A stretch of DNA of 64,000 nt from assembly GCF_006345805.1 (NCBI RefSeq), contig NC_043000.1:132184001-132248000 (forward strand), read 5' to 3'. The DNA is from Octopus sinensis. Lineage: Eukaryota. Shown one piece after another: positions 13,430-27,598 of the stretch (position 1 is its first letter; each line of letters opens with the position of its first letter). The notes below the pieces were generated by a model. That model was not told the DNA's origin, made no database searches, and was given only the letters and a program-made list of their open reading frames with translations. A program made the position numbers and the translations under genes.

Positions 13430-16400
13430 TCAACTGACACTCCATTCTATGCTATCAATTGGGGAAGGAGACGAGATATGTCTTGTCTGAAGTGTGATCA
13501 ACAAATAATAGAAAGAAATGTCAGGAGACACCTTAATGCACATCGATAGCCAAAAAGAAGTGAGTTTAAGTCTTTATCTCAACTAATGCTTTTCTAATAT
13601 TAAAATTTATTTCAGTATTTCTGCTTCGCACTGTCTTGTGCATGAAGTAAGTACATACATATATAAATATTAATGTTTGTATCTATGTATAATTATACAG
13701 ACACAGAAAACAGTCAAGCATTAACTAAAGGATGATTCAAAGCCATTCAGAAGACAAACATATTTATCATATTTTTACAAGTAAACATTTAACAGTTACT
13801 TCAAAATTTCAACTTAGTCATCCTTGTCAAAGTAACTGTCACACATTTTCCTGCGAAGATAACAGCTGTGTGGTTAAGAAATTCACTTCTCAACCACATG
13901 GTTTCAAGTTCAGCCCCACTGTGCAGCACCTTGGGCAAGTATCTTCTATAGCCTTGGGTTGGCCAAAGTTCTGTGTGTGGATTTGGTAGACAGAAACAAG
14001 ATAAAATATATTGTATATTACACTACATGTGTGTGCATGTATATACATGTATGTATGTACATGTGTTTGTTTACATTTATGCTTCTCCAAAAATTGCAAG
14101 TTACAAGCAATGATGATGATGTTATTTCTCCTGTTAAACAATCCACTGGTTTTCCATCTTCACAGACACGTCTGGTTGTAAAACAATGCTACGCTAATAT
14201 ATTGATATGGTATTACTGAACAAATATATATATGCATGTTAAAAATTATATATATGTATATATCATCATCATTTTAATGTCCACTTTTCTATTAGCATAG
14301 GACAGATGAAATCCAATGAGGAAGATTTTCTAAAGCCAGGTGCCTTTCCTGCTGTCAAACCTCACCTGTTTCCAAGTAATATTTCTCTTTATCCTTTGAA
14401 CACACCTTGTCACATTGTGCATGTTGATTCTGCCTGAAAATGACATTAAGAGTACAAGTACTTGTGAAATGCTCAGCCACTTACAAGTTACCAGTAACCC
14501 AGTTATTGAATAACTGAATCCTCACCAGTGAAGGACGTAAATCCACTATCACCACATATCACGCATAGCTAAGCACAGGAATGGCTGCAGTTGAGAAGCT
14601 TGCTTCCTAACCATGTTGTCTCAGGTTCAATCCAACTGCAAAACACCTTGGGCAAATATTTTCTATAATAGTATCAAGCTGATCTTAGCCTTATTTTACA
14701 TATCATTATCCTCATTTAGCTTTCATCTTGCTATACCTACATGAATTTGTTAAGACAGATTTTCTAATGCTGGATACCCTTCTGGTCACCAACCCTCACC
14801 TGTTTCCTGGCACACATACATAATATTTGTTCTTATTTTTATGTTTGTTTTTACCATGCTGGCATTAGTAACTGAGGCATTGATTTTCAGTCAGATGGCC
14901 TTCCTGGTGCTAACTCTTAATCGTTTTTCAAGTAAAGCATCTCTTATTTCACATGCTTCTGAAGCCACAAAGTATGCAAATGATTTATTGACAGGAGAAG
15001 TACCAACAACACCACTGAAATAATGTGCTTCTCCTATAAACAAGCATAGATATAAACAAAAAACACACACACACACCCATGATGTGCTTCTTTTCAGTTT
15101 CTGTCAACCAAATCCAATCAAAATTTTAATCAACCCAGAGCTAGAGTAGCAAACACTTGCCCAAGGTGGTGTAATCAAAAATCATGTAACTGGGAAGTGA
15201 ACTTCTTAAGAATATAGTCATGCTGCGCCTATAACATTATATATATATATAATTATGTGTATATATGTGTTATATATATATATTATATTGTATAGCTGAT
15301 AATACACTTGGTCATGAGAAACAATTAAAAGGATTGATGACAGGAAAACCATTCATCCCTTCCTGTCACCAACTCTTTTACGCTAGCATAAAAAAAGGGA
15401 TGTAAAATAATGCCAATGAATATGATATGAGAATTAACTACATATTCTATATGTACAATTGCATAAGTTGTTGGTTTAGTGACAATATGGTGATAAGTTC
15501 AAGCTTCACCATATCCCTTGGACAAGGAAGATAACTGCTTCTTAACAATAAGCTCCACTCATACCATAGTTAAGAGGTTAAAAGCACAAAGTGCAGCAAT
15601 ATGCTAATATCAAAATTTCCAATGACAAAACCACATCCTCTCATACTCACACAAACTTCCCATATGTTGTAGCATGCCACAAAATAAAAGAAGGAATGGA
15701 AAAGAAAAATGTAAGCATCTGGAATCTATTGATAAAAACAAGGGATGCCTCACTAAAATTGTTTTTGATGTTTGCCATGACCTTATTTTTGAGTGTGGGG
15801 GAGGAGGGCAACAAACTATGTAAATCCTCAGTTGTTTCCCTATAAAGTACCTTTGCTCAACTTCCATGTTATGTATACTGTTGTTTTTTTTCTTTCTGCT
15901 ATTACAGTTTCCTTGGAATGTGGAACAGATATAATGGGGAAGTAAGAAGTAGAGATGAACATAAATGTAAGTACAGTTAAACTGTATATATAATATACAA
16001 TTGAAATCTAAAAAATCGTTATCATCATCATCACCATCAGCTACATTACAGAAAAACATAGTTCCAATCAGATTAAATATAAGTATTCAGGCAATTTATT
16101 TGATTATAGCAAATACTAGTAGTTTAATTAAAGCTTTGATATTGAAATATGAATAAAGTCATTTCAATACTGAACAAAGGAAAAATTGCTAAATTCATAA
16201 TTAGGATTATTAAAGCTGAAATATAGATTAAAGTTAATTTTCTCTTCCTGAAGCGTTGTTTTAGACTTCATCACTCTTCCTTGCGTAAGGTATGTTTCAT
16301 TGAACAAAAAATTATAATAATAATCAAGAAGATGTTAAAAAAAAAAAAAGAGATAATAATTATTTACAGCAAGACAAATATGAAGTTGGGGAAAAAAATA

Positions 16401-16544
16401 ATTGCAGATTCTGTTATTTCAAACTATGATACTTGTTTTTGAATAAACTTTTATTTAACTATGTTCATGTTAATATACCATTTTGAAAATGCAGATTCTT
16501 ATTGTTAATTATTTTGCTTCCATTGTTTATTCTTGTTTATTTTA

Positions 16545-16870
16545 GGCTGTCCAATTAAAGACGAAAACAAGGAAAATTTGAGCAAATTCTATAGCTATAA
16601 TTCAAATCGGAATACGAAGCCTCGGCAACTGCTTGTAAAGTCAACCAAGAATTTGTCGAGGGATCTATCAATGAACATACTGTTCAACATTAGGTCTAAA
16701 AAGTTTGCAATTGAGACAAGAACTTTCATGATAAGAAAAGTTGCAGGTAACTTTCTATGATTAACAATGAATTACTGAAGGTCATTACTGAAATATGGTC
16801 TCAAGTTGTGTTTTTTAATACTGGATATAGCTTATTCAATTCACCCACAAATCAGACATGTTATGCCATG
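16545..16870 (+). mobile_element. mariner transposase N-terminal fragment
   Basis: ASATACKVNQEFVEGSINEHTVQH, a mariner HTH-like remnant with stops. Confidence 0.6.
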
Positions 16871-17160
16871 TGCCCTTCTTTTTTTAATACCATATAATAT
16901 GATCTGAAGGAGATTGGGTAACTAATTTTCGCAGATCTAATGACAGCATAGAAGCTTTCTCTTTTGCTTGTTGACCATAGTATTCTTTGAAAAGGTAGAA
17001 CTTGAACTTAATACACCAAAACTTAGCTACTGTGAAAGAGTCTGAGTTATTTCCATAAAGCTTGATTTCAAAATAAGCTTTGATAAATAAAAATAATGCA
17101 ATATTAAGAGCTATCATTTGGTGCAAAAATAATCACAGTTTTTTAGTAACGGCTTTAAAA
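16870..17160 (-). mobile_element. mariner C-terminal fragment
   Basis: YYGQQ...QSPSDHII, a remnant of the YSPDLAPSDY region. Confidence 0.5.
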
Positions 17161-17224
17161 CATATCTCAGCTCAGAATAAATTTTATTAATTAAAATAGT
17201 AATTACAATCAACTAGAAACAAGT

Positions 17225-17720
17225 CTATTTACTCTTGTAACAGAGAATTCTGGGCTCCAGAAGCTAATGAATTCTTCAAAGGCATTTTGAACTGCTGCAG
17301 GACTGTTGCAGACCTTTTGCAGTCATTTATCAAAATGATTTGATAAGTGGAAAGTCTCAGAAAGAACAGTCTGGGAAGAAAGCTAGAAACGGCAATTCTG
17401 TAGTCCAGGTCATGCAACTTCTTCAGAGTGATTAATGAAACAAATGGCAATACAGTGTCACGAAGAAGAATGGTTACTCTTTGATTTACCAATGCTGGAC
17501 CAATTCTTGGTGATTTTTCTAGTAATACTTTTATTTTTTGATGTGACAGGGTCATGAAATACTACTAGATGCTATCACTTACTGACAACCAGACAATGAC
17601 CATAACCACTTGTTTTGAGAAAGTATTTTGGTGCTTCACCTCAGTCTAGCTACACTACGGAATGCCATCTACTGTTGTACAGAATCCATTTTAAAACAAG
17701 TTGCAGAAGAACAGAACATT
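17225..17720 (-). mobile_element. mariner DDD-domain fragment
   Basis: PALVNQRVTILLRDTVLPFVSLITLKKLHDLDY resembles PALVNRKGPILLHDNARPH. Confidence 0.7.
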
Positions 17721-18382
17721 GATTACCTAAAATTTGTACAACATTGAAAAGTTGGCAAATGGGCACAATATGAGTTGAATAAAAATCAGAAAAATTGCCA
17801 TTATGATGTCTGCCTTGTACTTCTTTTGCACAAGAAAAAATTACACCTATATTTTCTATCCATACCTTATTATAGGAGGTCTGAGCAGAAAATCACATCT
17901 GTATATCCTGTATACTATATATTCACAGATTTCGGAAAAAATATATGCTTAGCATTCTAAATAGGAAGTTGGTTTTAAATGTTAGTCCCTATAAAGAACC
18001 TTCAGATAAATTTGGTGAGTTAATATATTAAATCTCTATAAAGATGAAATAATAAGAAAAGCCCCCATAAATCACATTTTCCAGAATATTAACAACTTTT
18101 GCAGCTTTTTTTTAATATTTTTATATTGCATTTCAATCAATCAAATCTTCAATTACTTGGCTTTCAATTGATAATCTAAATTTTTCTATACAGGCTTTCA
18201 CAGTTTACTATTATGGATGATAGCATAGTAATTGTGACTGTTTAACACTGCACTGGAAAGATGTTTCTTTTTATTATGACAAGAACTCTGTCAATTTCTA
18301 CAATCTGCATTCAATTGTTCAATCAAGAGAAATAACTATTCATTAAATTGATATGTAGGTGGAGATGCATGGTTTAGTGGTT

Positions 18383-18616
18383 TAAAGGCGGCGAGCTGGC
18401 AGAAACGTTAGCACGCCGGGCGAAATGCTTAGCGGTATTTCGTCTGTGTTACGTTCTGAGTTCAAATTCCGCCAAGGTCGACTTTGCCTTTCATCCTTTC
18501 GGGGTCGATAAATTAAGTACCAGTTACGCACTGGGGTCGATATAATCGACTTAATACCTATGTCTGTCCTTGTTTGTCCCCCCTGTGTTTAGCCCCTTGT
18601 GGGTAATAACGAAATA
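18383..18616 (+). mobile_element. tRNA-derived SINE family A with TSD GGTTTAGTGGTT, nested in another SINE
   Basis: B-box-like GAGTTCAAATTC; TSD copies at 18371-18382 and 18617-18628. Confidence 0.85.
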
Positions 18617-19439
18617 GGTTTAGTGGTTAGGGTGCTGGACCCATGATCATAAGATTGTGGTTTCAACCCCTGGATTGGGCAATGCATTGTGTTCTTGAGC
18701 AAGACACTTCATTTCACGTTGCTCCAGTCCATTCAGCTGGTAAAAATGAATAATCCTGCGATGGAAGATGTCTGGTCCAGAGAGAAATATATTCACCAGA
18801 GAAACCAGGAAAGCGACTCCAAGCTCCTTACAAAGATATGTGAGTGGCTGAATATTCCAGACAGTGTATGATCAGGCTAAATCAACATGACTACTTAACA
18901 AGAGCTGGGCCTTTGAATTGCAGGTACAATTAGACATGCTTCCACACAGTTTCCATGAACCCAATTCCACTCACAAGGCTTAGGTTGACCTAAAGCTACA
19001 GTTAAGACACTTGGCCAAGATGTTCTGAAAATTAGGAAATGCACTTCTTAACCACTTGGCTATGTCTGCATCCACAAAAATATAAATTCATGTTTAACAT
19101 GGTCTAGGTAAATATATTTCCCATCTATATCATTCACTGATATTTCATATACATTTACATTTGATAGTATAGATTTAAAAAAAAACTAAAATGCTTATTA
19201 TTGCAATTGAATAGAAAAGGATAAATATGTTTTTTTTCTTTTTTCGGTGATCCCCATTTGGGACTTTTCAAAAAATTTATCATAATTTCCAAAATAATTC
19301 ACATGTGAAAAAATTTAAATATTATATATTATTTTAACTCCTAAGACACCTGGCAAAGCCAAAAAATATGAATAAAAAAAACTTGGCAGTTAATGGGTTA
19401 AGAAAGTGTTTAATAAAACAGTTTTAAAAATATATAAAG

Positions 19440-19930
19440 GAAATGTTGCCAGTTTCAAAGATGAATTTCATCTTGTCAAGTATCAGTGGAGATTTATAGG
19501 GGTTTGAAGTAGAAATGGTTAATCTTTTGTCTGGAGAGGAGTCAAAAATTAGGGTTAGGGGGGAAGAAGATTGGTAGGAGTGAAGAGAAGAGAGAAGGAA
19601 AGTAGGAGTGAAGAGAAGAGAGAAGGAAAGTAGGAGTGAAGAGAAGAAGTAGGAGCTGGAGGAGGTTAGATGAAGAGGGGAGGAGAGTTGAGCCCATGTG
19701 GCACAAAGGAGCAAAGAGAGAAGATTAATCTCTGTTCACAGTGCAAATGGGAGTCCAGATGGTCCCTGTGCAAGGACAATCCAAACACAGACAGGTGTTG
19801 CAAAGAGTGATCAGTAGAGCGGAAATGGCACAAGACTGGGGTATCATTGCCAAGTCGCATGTCTCAGAGGTCTTCTGTGAACCAGTCAGCCAAGCAGCAT
19901 CCAATTTGCCTGATGTATAGAGAAGGGGAG
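19440..19930 (-). mobile_element. Penelope-like element remnant (GIY-YIG endonuclease C-terminus and 3' region)
   Basis: LYIRQIGCCLADWFTEDL*DMRLGNDTPVLCHFRSTDHSLQHL...EQRLIFSL...PHGLN resembles a PLE GIY-YIG C-terminus. Confidence 0.7.
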
Positions 19931-20584
19931 AGAGAGCAGGAGATGACATTGGTAGAAGTGCAGGAGAAGGAGTCGGTGATGTGATAGGGTCAATGATGGG
20001 TGCCGGTGAGGAGGGTGGTGTTTGAATCAGCAATGTCATGTTTGGTTAAGTCCTATTTGGGGTGAAAAATCAATAAACTGATTCCTTATGAGGTTTTCCA
20101 TTCAAGCAGGATGAAAAAAAAAAAAAATCGATAAAGCGATTCCTTATAGGATTTCTTACTAAAATTGGCTACACCCCATTTTCAACCATAACTTTTACCA
20201 ATTTTGATGTATTAACTTGATGCTGGCGTTACTTAGGACACATGGGGTTTTTGAATGCTTTAAGATCTCCAAAAACAAAAAAACAAAAAAAAAAAAATCG
20301 ATAAATTGATAAACCGATTCCTTATGGGATTTCCCAATCAAATTGTCTGCAACCCATTTTCAGTCAAACGTTTACCAATTTCAATGGATTTCATTCAAAT
20401 TTCATATTTCATGTCAGTGTTACTTAGTTTGGTTTAAAACAAAGCACTTGATTAGCTTAATAATCCTAACTTAATCCAGGGCAATGCCGGGCTATACTGC
20501 TAGTATATATATATATATATATATATCATCATCATCATCATTTAACGTCCGTTTTATTTATATATATATATTTATTTATATATA

Positions 20585-21760
20585 TATATATATATATCAT
20601 CATTGTTTAACGTCCGCTTTCTATGGTGGCATGGGTTGGACAATTTGACTAAGAAATGGCGAACCAGATGGCTACACCAGGCTCCAATCTGATCTGGCAT
20701 AGTTTCTACAGCTGGATGCCCTTTCTGATGCCAACCACTCCAAGAATGTAGTGGGTGCTTCTACGTGCCATCAGCATGAGGGCCAGTCAGGCGGTACTAG
20801 CAACGGCCACGCTCAAATGGTGTTTTTTATGTGCCACTTGCACACAAGCCAGTCCAGTGGCACTGGCAACGACCTCACTCGAATATTTTTTCATATGCCA
20901 CTGGCACAAGTGCCAGTAAGGCAACGCTGGTAACCATCACACTCGAGTAGTGTTTTTTATGTGCCACTGGCATGGAAGCCAGTCAGCTACTCTGGCAACG
21001 ATCACGCTCAGATGGTGCTCTTAGCGCTCCACTAGCATGGATGCCAGTCATCAAATTTGATTTCGATTTCACTTGCCTCAACATGTCTTTGCAAGCAGAG
21101 TTTAGTGTCCAATGAACGAAAGGTATGCATAAGTGGGCTGGTTACACCCATGGCATAAGCCATGGGTTATGGTCTCCCTTGGCTTGCCGGGTCTTCTCAA
21201 GCACAGCATATTTCCAAAGGTCTTGGTCATTAGTCATTGCCTCGGTGAGGACTAATGTTCGAAGGTCATGCTGCACCACTTCATCCCAGGTCTTCCTGAG
21301 TCTACCTCTTCCACAGGTTCCCTCAACCGCTAGGGTGTGGCAGTTTTTCATACAGATATCCTCATCCATTCTTACCACATGACCATACTAGCGCAGTCGT
21401 CTCTCTTGCACACCACATCTGATGCTTCTTAGGTCCAACTTTTCTTTCAAGGTACTCACTACACTCTGTCAAGTATGCACACTGGCATTACACATCCAAC
21501 GGAACATACTGGCTTCATTCCTTGCAAGCTTACGCATGTCCTCAGCAGTCACAGCCTATGTTTCACTGCCATGTAGCATGGCTGTTCGTACACATGCATC
21601 ATACAGTCTACCTTTTACTCTGAGCAAGAGGCCCTTTGTCACTGGCAGAGGTAAGAGCTCTCTGAACTTTGCCCAGGCTATTCTTATTCTAGCAGCTTCA
21701 ATTTTCAGTGTTTATTGCTCCTGAGCATCTCCCACATACAAAAACTATCTTTCCAGTTAG
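20585..21760 (-). mobile_element. 3' part of an RTE-clade LINE
   Basis: GTCGRGRLRKTWDEVV ORF; same 3' UTR and CAT/GAT tail as the 59426 copy. Confidence 0.88.
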
Positions 21761-21826
21761 CTTATATAAGGTAATATTGGTATCTCGATAACTTAAAATA
21801 GTTCAATTTAATTAAATCAGTATATA

Positions 21827-23950
21827 GTTAACATGTTCTTTAACCTCAGTTGCTCCCTTATTAAATACCAGTTAAATCCAATTGATCAATCTCCATAGAA
21901 ACCATATAAGTTAATATTTAGATAAGTAATAAGTAAATAAATATTAGACTATTTCTTTGCAATTTTCTTTTCCTCCCTCTATTGTGGTAAAAATTTGGTA
22001 TATACTCAAAATATTCAAAGAAGTTTTATACTTGTGTTAAAATTTCATTCTTAATAATCTTCTTGATTACCCTAAATTTTAACTTTATACAATAAGACAA
22101 TATCATTTGAAATGATCTTTAGAAATTATTTGATTTATCTCTTTCTTAAATGGCTCTACCCTCCTGATCTTAGTATTTATAAGGACCTTTATATAAATAA
22201 CCCTTCTAAACAAGTACCACTAAGAAACTATAAATATCATGTAGGGAGTAACAATAATAACTTCTTAAACCTATAATATAACCTTTAGTTTTAAAAAAAA
22301 ATGAGTGTAAAATATGATTGTTCCATAACTTAAATATTCCTTCAGCTGATACCAGACATTAGTCTTTTACTGATATTAGCTAAATAAGTAAATATATAAT
22401 TTTTAGTCTAATATATTTTGAATTATTACACTTTTTCTAAAAATCTTCTCTATTAGTGTTAATAATCTACATATACTTTACCATAGTATTAGTAATTAAG
22501 CTATTTTATTTCCTTTTGTATGTGTTCTGCCCTACTTGATTATTTTATTTTTTATTATCTTATAATTAGCCTGTATTTATTTATAAAATTAATCTAATTT
22601 TTGTATCTCTATAAATTCATACTTGTATAAAACTATACTAGTATATATACTACTTATAAAAAAACTGCTTAGATTGTAATTTTATTAATATACTAGCAGC
22701 ATAGCCCGGCGTTGCCCGGGTATGTAAGAGCCCCTAGTAGGCAATGACTAATCCCAATCTAGTCCTTTCCCTCTAGGGAACGAAGGCGCATGTGTAGGTT
22801 GCAATGTCTTCTCTTCACTCCCAAATAACTATCAAACAGCTATCAATAATTCAACCCAACCAATTCCTACCAGGAAGAAATTACATTCGAGACTTTACCC
22901 CCAACACCGCCACTTCTGCTACTAGCTGCTGCAGCCGCAAGTTATTCGAATACTTTTTTGTTTACACTTTCTTTATAACTACCACTCCAAACGTTTTACC
23001 TTAAATTTTTTAAGGAAGCCTAAGGGTCCTCGGACGCTACTTGCAAACTCTTGGTTTATTATAAACCGCTTTTGTCGTGTGCATCAAAAAACCTTTTCCA
23101 TTCGTTTGTTCAGTTTGGTCACTTTTGACTTTTTCGTTGTTGTCACTCACATTGCTGCCCGCTTTTTTGCCGTTTTTGTACATTTTTTATACATTTTGGG
23201 ATACTTATCCCATGTGTTTGGAGAGTTAAAAAGGTCGAGTTGCGTCCCCTAGACAGTCTGTAGAAAATGTGTTGCATATAAAAAGCTTAGATTCTCGACC
23301 CATGTCGAATTTATCGATTTTTTTTCATAACTGGGGGAACTTTTCAAAATTTTCGCTACTTTAGTTTTGAATTATGACATTGGGCTATGTGTGTGTCAAG
23401 TTTCATCAGAATCGGTTGAAAGCCATGGTCAGGGTGAGGGTACAACCTGACAGACACACAGACAGACAAACTGCCGTTTATATATAGAGAGATAATTAGC
23501 ATGTTCCTTTACCTCAATACTCCTTTATTAATACCAGTATATACCAATTAATCAATATTCACAGATACCATCTGATGAGTTAGTATTTAAGTGTACAATA
23601 TGTAGAGATGTAGAAATATTTCTGGATAATTTCTTTTTCTCCCTCTAATGTGGTAAAAGTTTGGTATATACTCAAAAGTATTCGTAAATTTCCATCCTTT
23701 TCTTACAATATTCTTCTTAATCCTCTGAATAACCCGAAACTTTAACTGTATACAATATAGCAACATTGTTTAAAATATTTAAATATAGTACTACATGATA
23801 AGATTCCCCCCCACCCCGTTTCATTATCACTGGTCTGCTAGTGAGTGACCCCCTTAATTGTCAGCTGACATCTTGTTTTAAGTTTTCCTTTACCAAACCC
23901 TATGATATTGCTTCTAATAAATCTTGATTTTTATAACTATACCAACTATG
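21827..23950. repeat. TpA-rich repeat family: tandem partial copies 21827-22692 and 23494-23950, third copy 32970-33395
   Basis: Shared blocks such as TTAACATGTTC..., CCCTCTATTGTGGTAAAAGTTTGGTATATACTC and CTACTTATAAAAAACTGCTTAGATT. Confidence 0.75.
22692..23493 (+). mobile_element. Non-autonomous Helitron/Helentron-type (HINE/DINE-like) element
   Basis: Starts ACTAGCAG..CCCGGCGTTGCCCGGG, ends (CAGA)n...TTTATATATAGA; splits an older repeat. Confidence 0.7.
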
Positions 23951-24412
23951 ATGACTGTCTGCTCCCTCAGCCCTACCCCAAACAGATACTGCCCTCTGTT
24001 CTCTCAGCCTTAGATATACATGGGATTTGATAAACTAGTCTATAAATTAAAACTGACCCCATAAAAACAAAATCAGGCAGAGTCTGTAACAATGTATATC
24101 TTTTTGAAAACTTAGAAACTTCTATGCTGGAGTGGGACAGCATGTTTTTTGTCTATCTCTTTAACTTCTTGGAGATTTCATGTATAATTATACTAATGTG
24201 TCCATCTGTTCTAATTTAATTAAATTCTATACCTTTGTGCAGCTGAAGATTTATCTGCATTTTAAACTGATGTAATGACTGAATGGCTCAATTAAATGGA
24301 GTTGCATGAAACAATCGTACTGCATTACCATTGGATATCCTTGTTGCTTATTTTGATATATGTGTGTGTGTGTGTGTGTGTATGTATATATCTATATCTA
24401 TCTATCTATCTA

Positions 24413-24439
<27 letters not shown>

Positions 24440-24445
<6 letters not shown>

Positions 24446-26030
24446 ATATATATATAGTATATCAGGTATCAGGGCATGTATAAGTCTTGAAAAAAATTAC
24501 ATAAATCGATTCCAGGTGAAAATGCGATCGATAAAGCCATGGGAACATGTATTTGACAACTCAGCACCATCCATTGGACAGGGGGTGTTTTGCTCGTCTA
24601 TTTTATAAAATCAATTCCAAATAAGAATGCAATCGATAAGCCATGGGAACGTGTATTTGATAACTCAGCACCATCCATTGGATAGGGGGTGCTTTGCTCA
24701 TCTATTATATAAAATCTGTTCTGTCTGTCTGTGTGTGTCTTCTAGGATCTCGGGCACCCTCCATCCGATTACGCTCAAATTTGATATGTAGATACCAACG
24801 GTATCAGGGCGTGTATAAGTATTGAATAAATTACAAAAATCAATTCCTGATGAGAATGCGATCGATAAAGCCATGGGAACGTGCATTTGTACAAGAAAGT
24901 ACATCAGCTGTTGCGATCGATACATGTACATGAGAAAAATGCACTTGAAATAATGCCACAATATGCAGTATATTTAAGAGGCCAAAAAAGTAAGATGAAA
25001 AAGAGATATTTTCTTCAAACTTGGCATGAAGGAAGGAAAGACTATTTGGTTTCTCAAGAAGTTTTTTTTTTTGCCTTAACTTCGTTTAACAAAACCAAAA
25101 ATTTTATTGAAATAAAGGCATGCTTAATTATTTTTTAATGAAAAGAAAACACGTTTCTTTCTTGCCAAGCTTACTGTTTAAACTATGTTTGAGTTCTCCC
25201 AGTCAACAGCCTTATCATTACTGGTACTTTAAACTCTTCGGTTGCATATTTGTGTAAATAAAATCATTTTTCTTTGGAATAGAAAAAAGTCTATCTTTAT
25301 TTCTTCTTTTGCTGGTGTCTCAAATTTAGGTTAAATCAGTGTTTCTCAAAGGGGAGCCTATGGGACGGTCGGTCAGACAAGTTGTTTTGAGAAAATTTGG
25401 TTTAAATGTTTGACAACTCAGCACCGTCCATTGGAGGGGGGCGGTGGCATTTTGCTCGCACATATATAAATATATATATCATATATACATATCTATTATA
25501 TAAAATCCGTTCTGTCTGTGTGTGTCTTCTAGGATCTCGGGCATCCTCCATCCAATTGTGCTCAAATTTGATATGTAGATACCGACAGTATCAGAGCGTG
25601 TATAAGTCTTGAAAAAATTACAAAAATCGATTCCAGGTGAGACTGCGATTGATAAAGCCGTGGGAACGTGCATTTGTACAAGCAAGTACATTAGCTGTTG
25701 TTATCGATACTACACGTAAATGAGAAAAATGTATGCGCAGTTTGCGCAAAAAAAGCCAGCTGGCTTGAAATAATGCCACAAAATGGAGTATATTTAAGAG
25801 ACCATAAAAGTAAGATACAAAAGAGATATTTTCTTCAAACTTCGCATGAAGGAAGGAAAGACCATTTGGTTTCTCAAGAAATTTCTTTTTTTGCCTTAAC
25901 TTCGTTTAAGGCCAAAAATTTTATTGAAATAAATTCATGCTTAATTATTTTTAAAAAGAACAGAAAACACTGATTGCTTTTTATTCAGCATCGTCCATTG
26001 GACAGGAGGCGTTTTGCTCATATATATATA
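24440..26030 (+). repeat. Tandemly duplicated Helitron-like units (~800 bp)
   Basis: TCTATTATATAAAATC-(GTCT)n start at ~24701 and ~25492; shared TTTGACAACTCAGCACCATCCATTGG subrepeats. Confidence 0.6.
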
Positions 26031-26034
26031 TATA

Positions 26035-26425
26035 TACTAGCAGTATCACCCGGCGTTGCTCGGGTTTGTAAGGGAAATAACTATATAAGCATTTTTAGAG
26101 ATGTAAAGTATAATAGCCATCTCAATATGGCTAACCACAAAGGGGGGTGTTACTGTAGCTTTTTACGTTCTGAGATTTAATAATACATTTTTAGAGAGTT
26201 ACTTCCCTTATATAATAGCAAAAAAATGCATAAAAATGGGAAAAAATGATGGTAAATTTTTTTAAAATCGTAGACTCATCGTAGACGCACACTAATACCC
26301 AGAAGGGCTCGATATGAATCACGACTATAAGATACTCGCTTATTGGTTAAACTGCACCGCAAAATGTGGGAGTAGTTAGGAATCTAAATCGTAGGAGACA
26401 GACACCACACAACCTCACTTTTATA
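26035..26425 (+). mobile_element. HINE-like element, same terminus type (reverse-oriented copy at ~20040-20505)
   Basis: TACTAGCAGTATCACCCGGCGTTGCTCGGG start; 20470-20505 is its reverse complement. Confidence 0.65.
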
Positions 26426-26432
26426 TATATAG

Positions 26433-26467
<35 letters not shown>

Positions 26468-27149
26468 CATGTATATCATATATATATATATATAGTATAT
26501 GTATACAGATCATATATATATATACGTATATATATCATATATATATTCATGTATATATATACATAAGATATATACATATATATATATACACATATATATA
26601 CATATAAATATATATATTCATGTATATATATACATACATAAGATATATACATATATATATACACATATATATACATATAAATATATATATACATATAAAT
26701 ATATATATACATGTATATATATACATACATAAGATATATACATATATATACACATATATATACATACATAAATATATAAATATATATACATATATATACA
26801 TACATAAATATATAAATATATATACATATATATACATACATAAATATATAAATATATATACATATATATATCATATATGTACATAAATATATATATACAC
26901 ATATATATATCATATATGTACATAAATATATATATACACATATATAAATATATATATATACATATATAAATATATATATATACATATATAAATATATATA
27001 TATCCATATATAAATATATATATATCCATATATCCATATATATATCTATATATACATATATATCATATATCCATATATCCATATATATATCTATATATCC
27101 ATATATATCATATATCCATATATATCATATATCCATATATATCATATAT

Positions 27150-27200
<51 letters not shown>
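26426..27200. repeat. Complex (TA)/(CATA) microsatellite
   Basis: Low-complexity tract; source of spurious YIYI ORFs. Confidence 0.95.
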
Positions 27201-27202
<2 letters not shown>

Positions 27203-27323
27203 AGTAGGTACTGCAAATTTAGGGTGAATACTTGATAAGTGTAAGCACCTGTATACGCCAGTTAGTGGCAGAGGTGAGAGGGTATATATCAAATAAAATC
27301 AAAAGCAGAACACAAAGGATGTC

Positions 27324-27414
27324 GCGGTACACGTGTTTCAAGCTTTATAAACAACCTGTTCTTACATCAGTGTATAATAGATATGAAAGATGGTTTAAAG
27401 CTCTCTTCAGCTAC
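27324..27414 (-). ncRNA. Type I hammerhead ribozyme, left arm of foldback
   Basis: GTAG-CTGAAGA-GAGCTTT...AAAGCTT-GAAA-CACGTG-TA-CCGC on minus. Core intact; stem I weakened. Confidence 0.6.
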
Positions 27415-27516
27415 ATGCATTGTTATTCCAAAGAAAAATATGAAAAGTACATGTAGTATTATCATACTTTTCATATTTTTTATAGTGTGGTGTAACTCTT
27501 TGGAATAAGAATGCAT

Positions 27517-27598
27517 GCGGCTGAAGAGAGCTTTAAACCATCTTTTATATACTGATGTAAGAACAGGTCGTTTATAAAGCTTGAAACACATGTACCGT
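27517..27598 (+). ncRNA. Type I hammerhead ribozyme, right arm of foldback
   Basis: GCGG-CTGAAGA-GAGCTTT...AAAGCTT-GAAA-CACATG-TA-CCGT. Core intact. Confidence 0.65.

Noticed and set aside
19549-19562. TTAGGGTTAGGG telomere-like repeat in the PLE remnant
   Set aside because: Only two units; insufficient to claim telomere association.
21780-22690. Possible NUMT (very AT-rich, gene-like)
   Set aside because: No recognisable mitochondrial protein, rRNA or tRNA motif; the sequence is repeated locally like a TE.
23572-23578. CTGATGA here and at 33097-33103 as hammerhead cores
   Set aside because: No pairing stem II or GAAA-stem III could be found.
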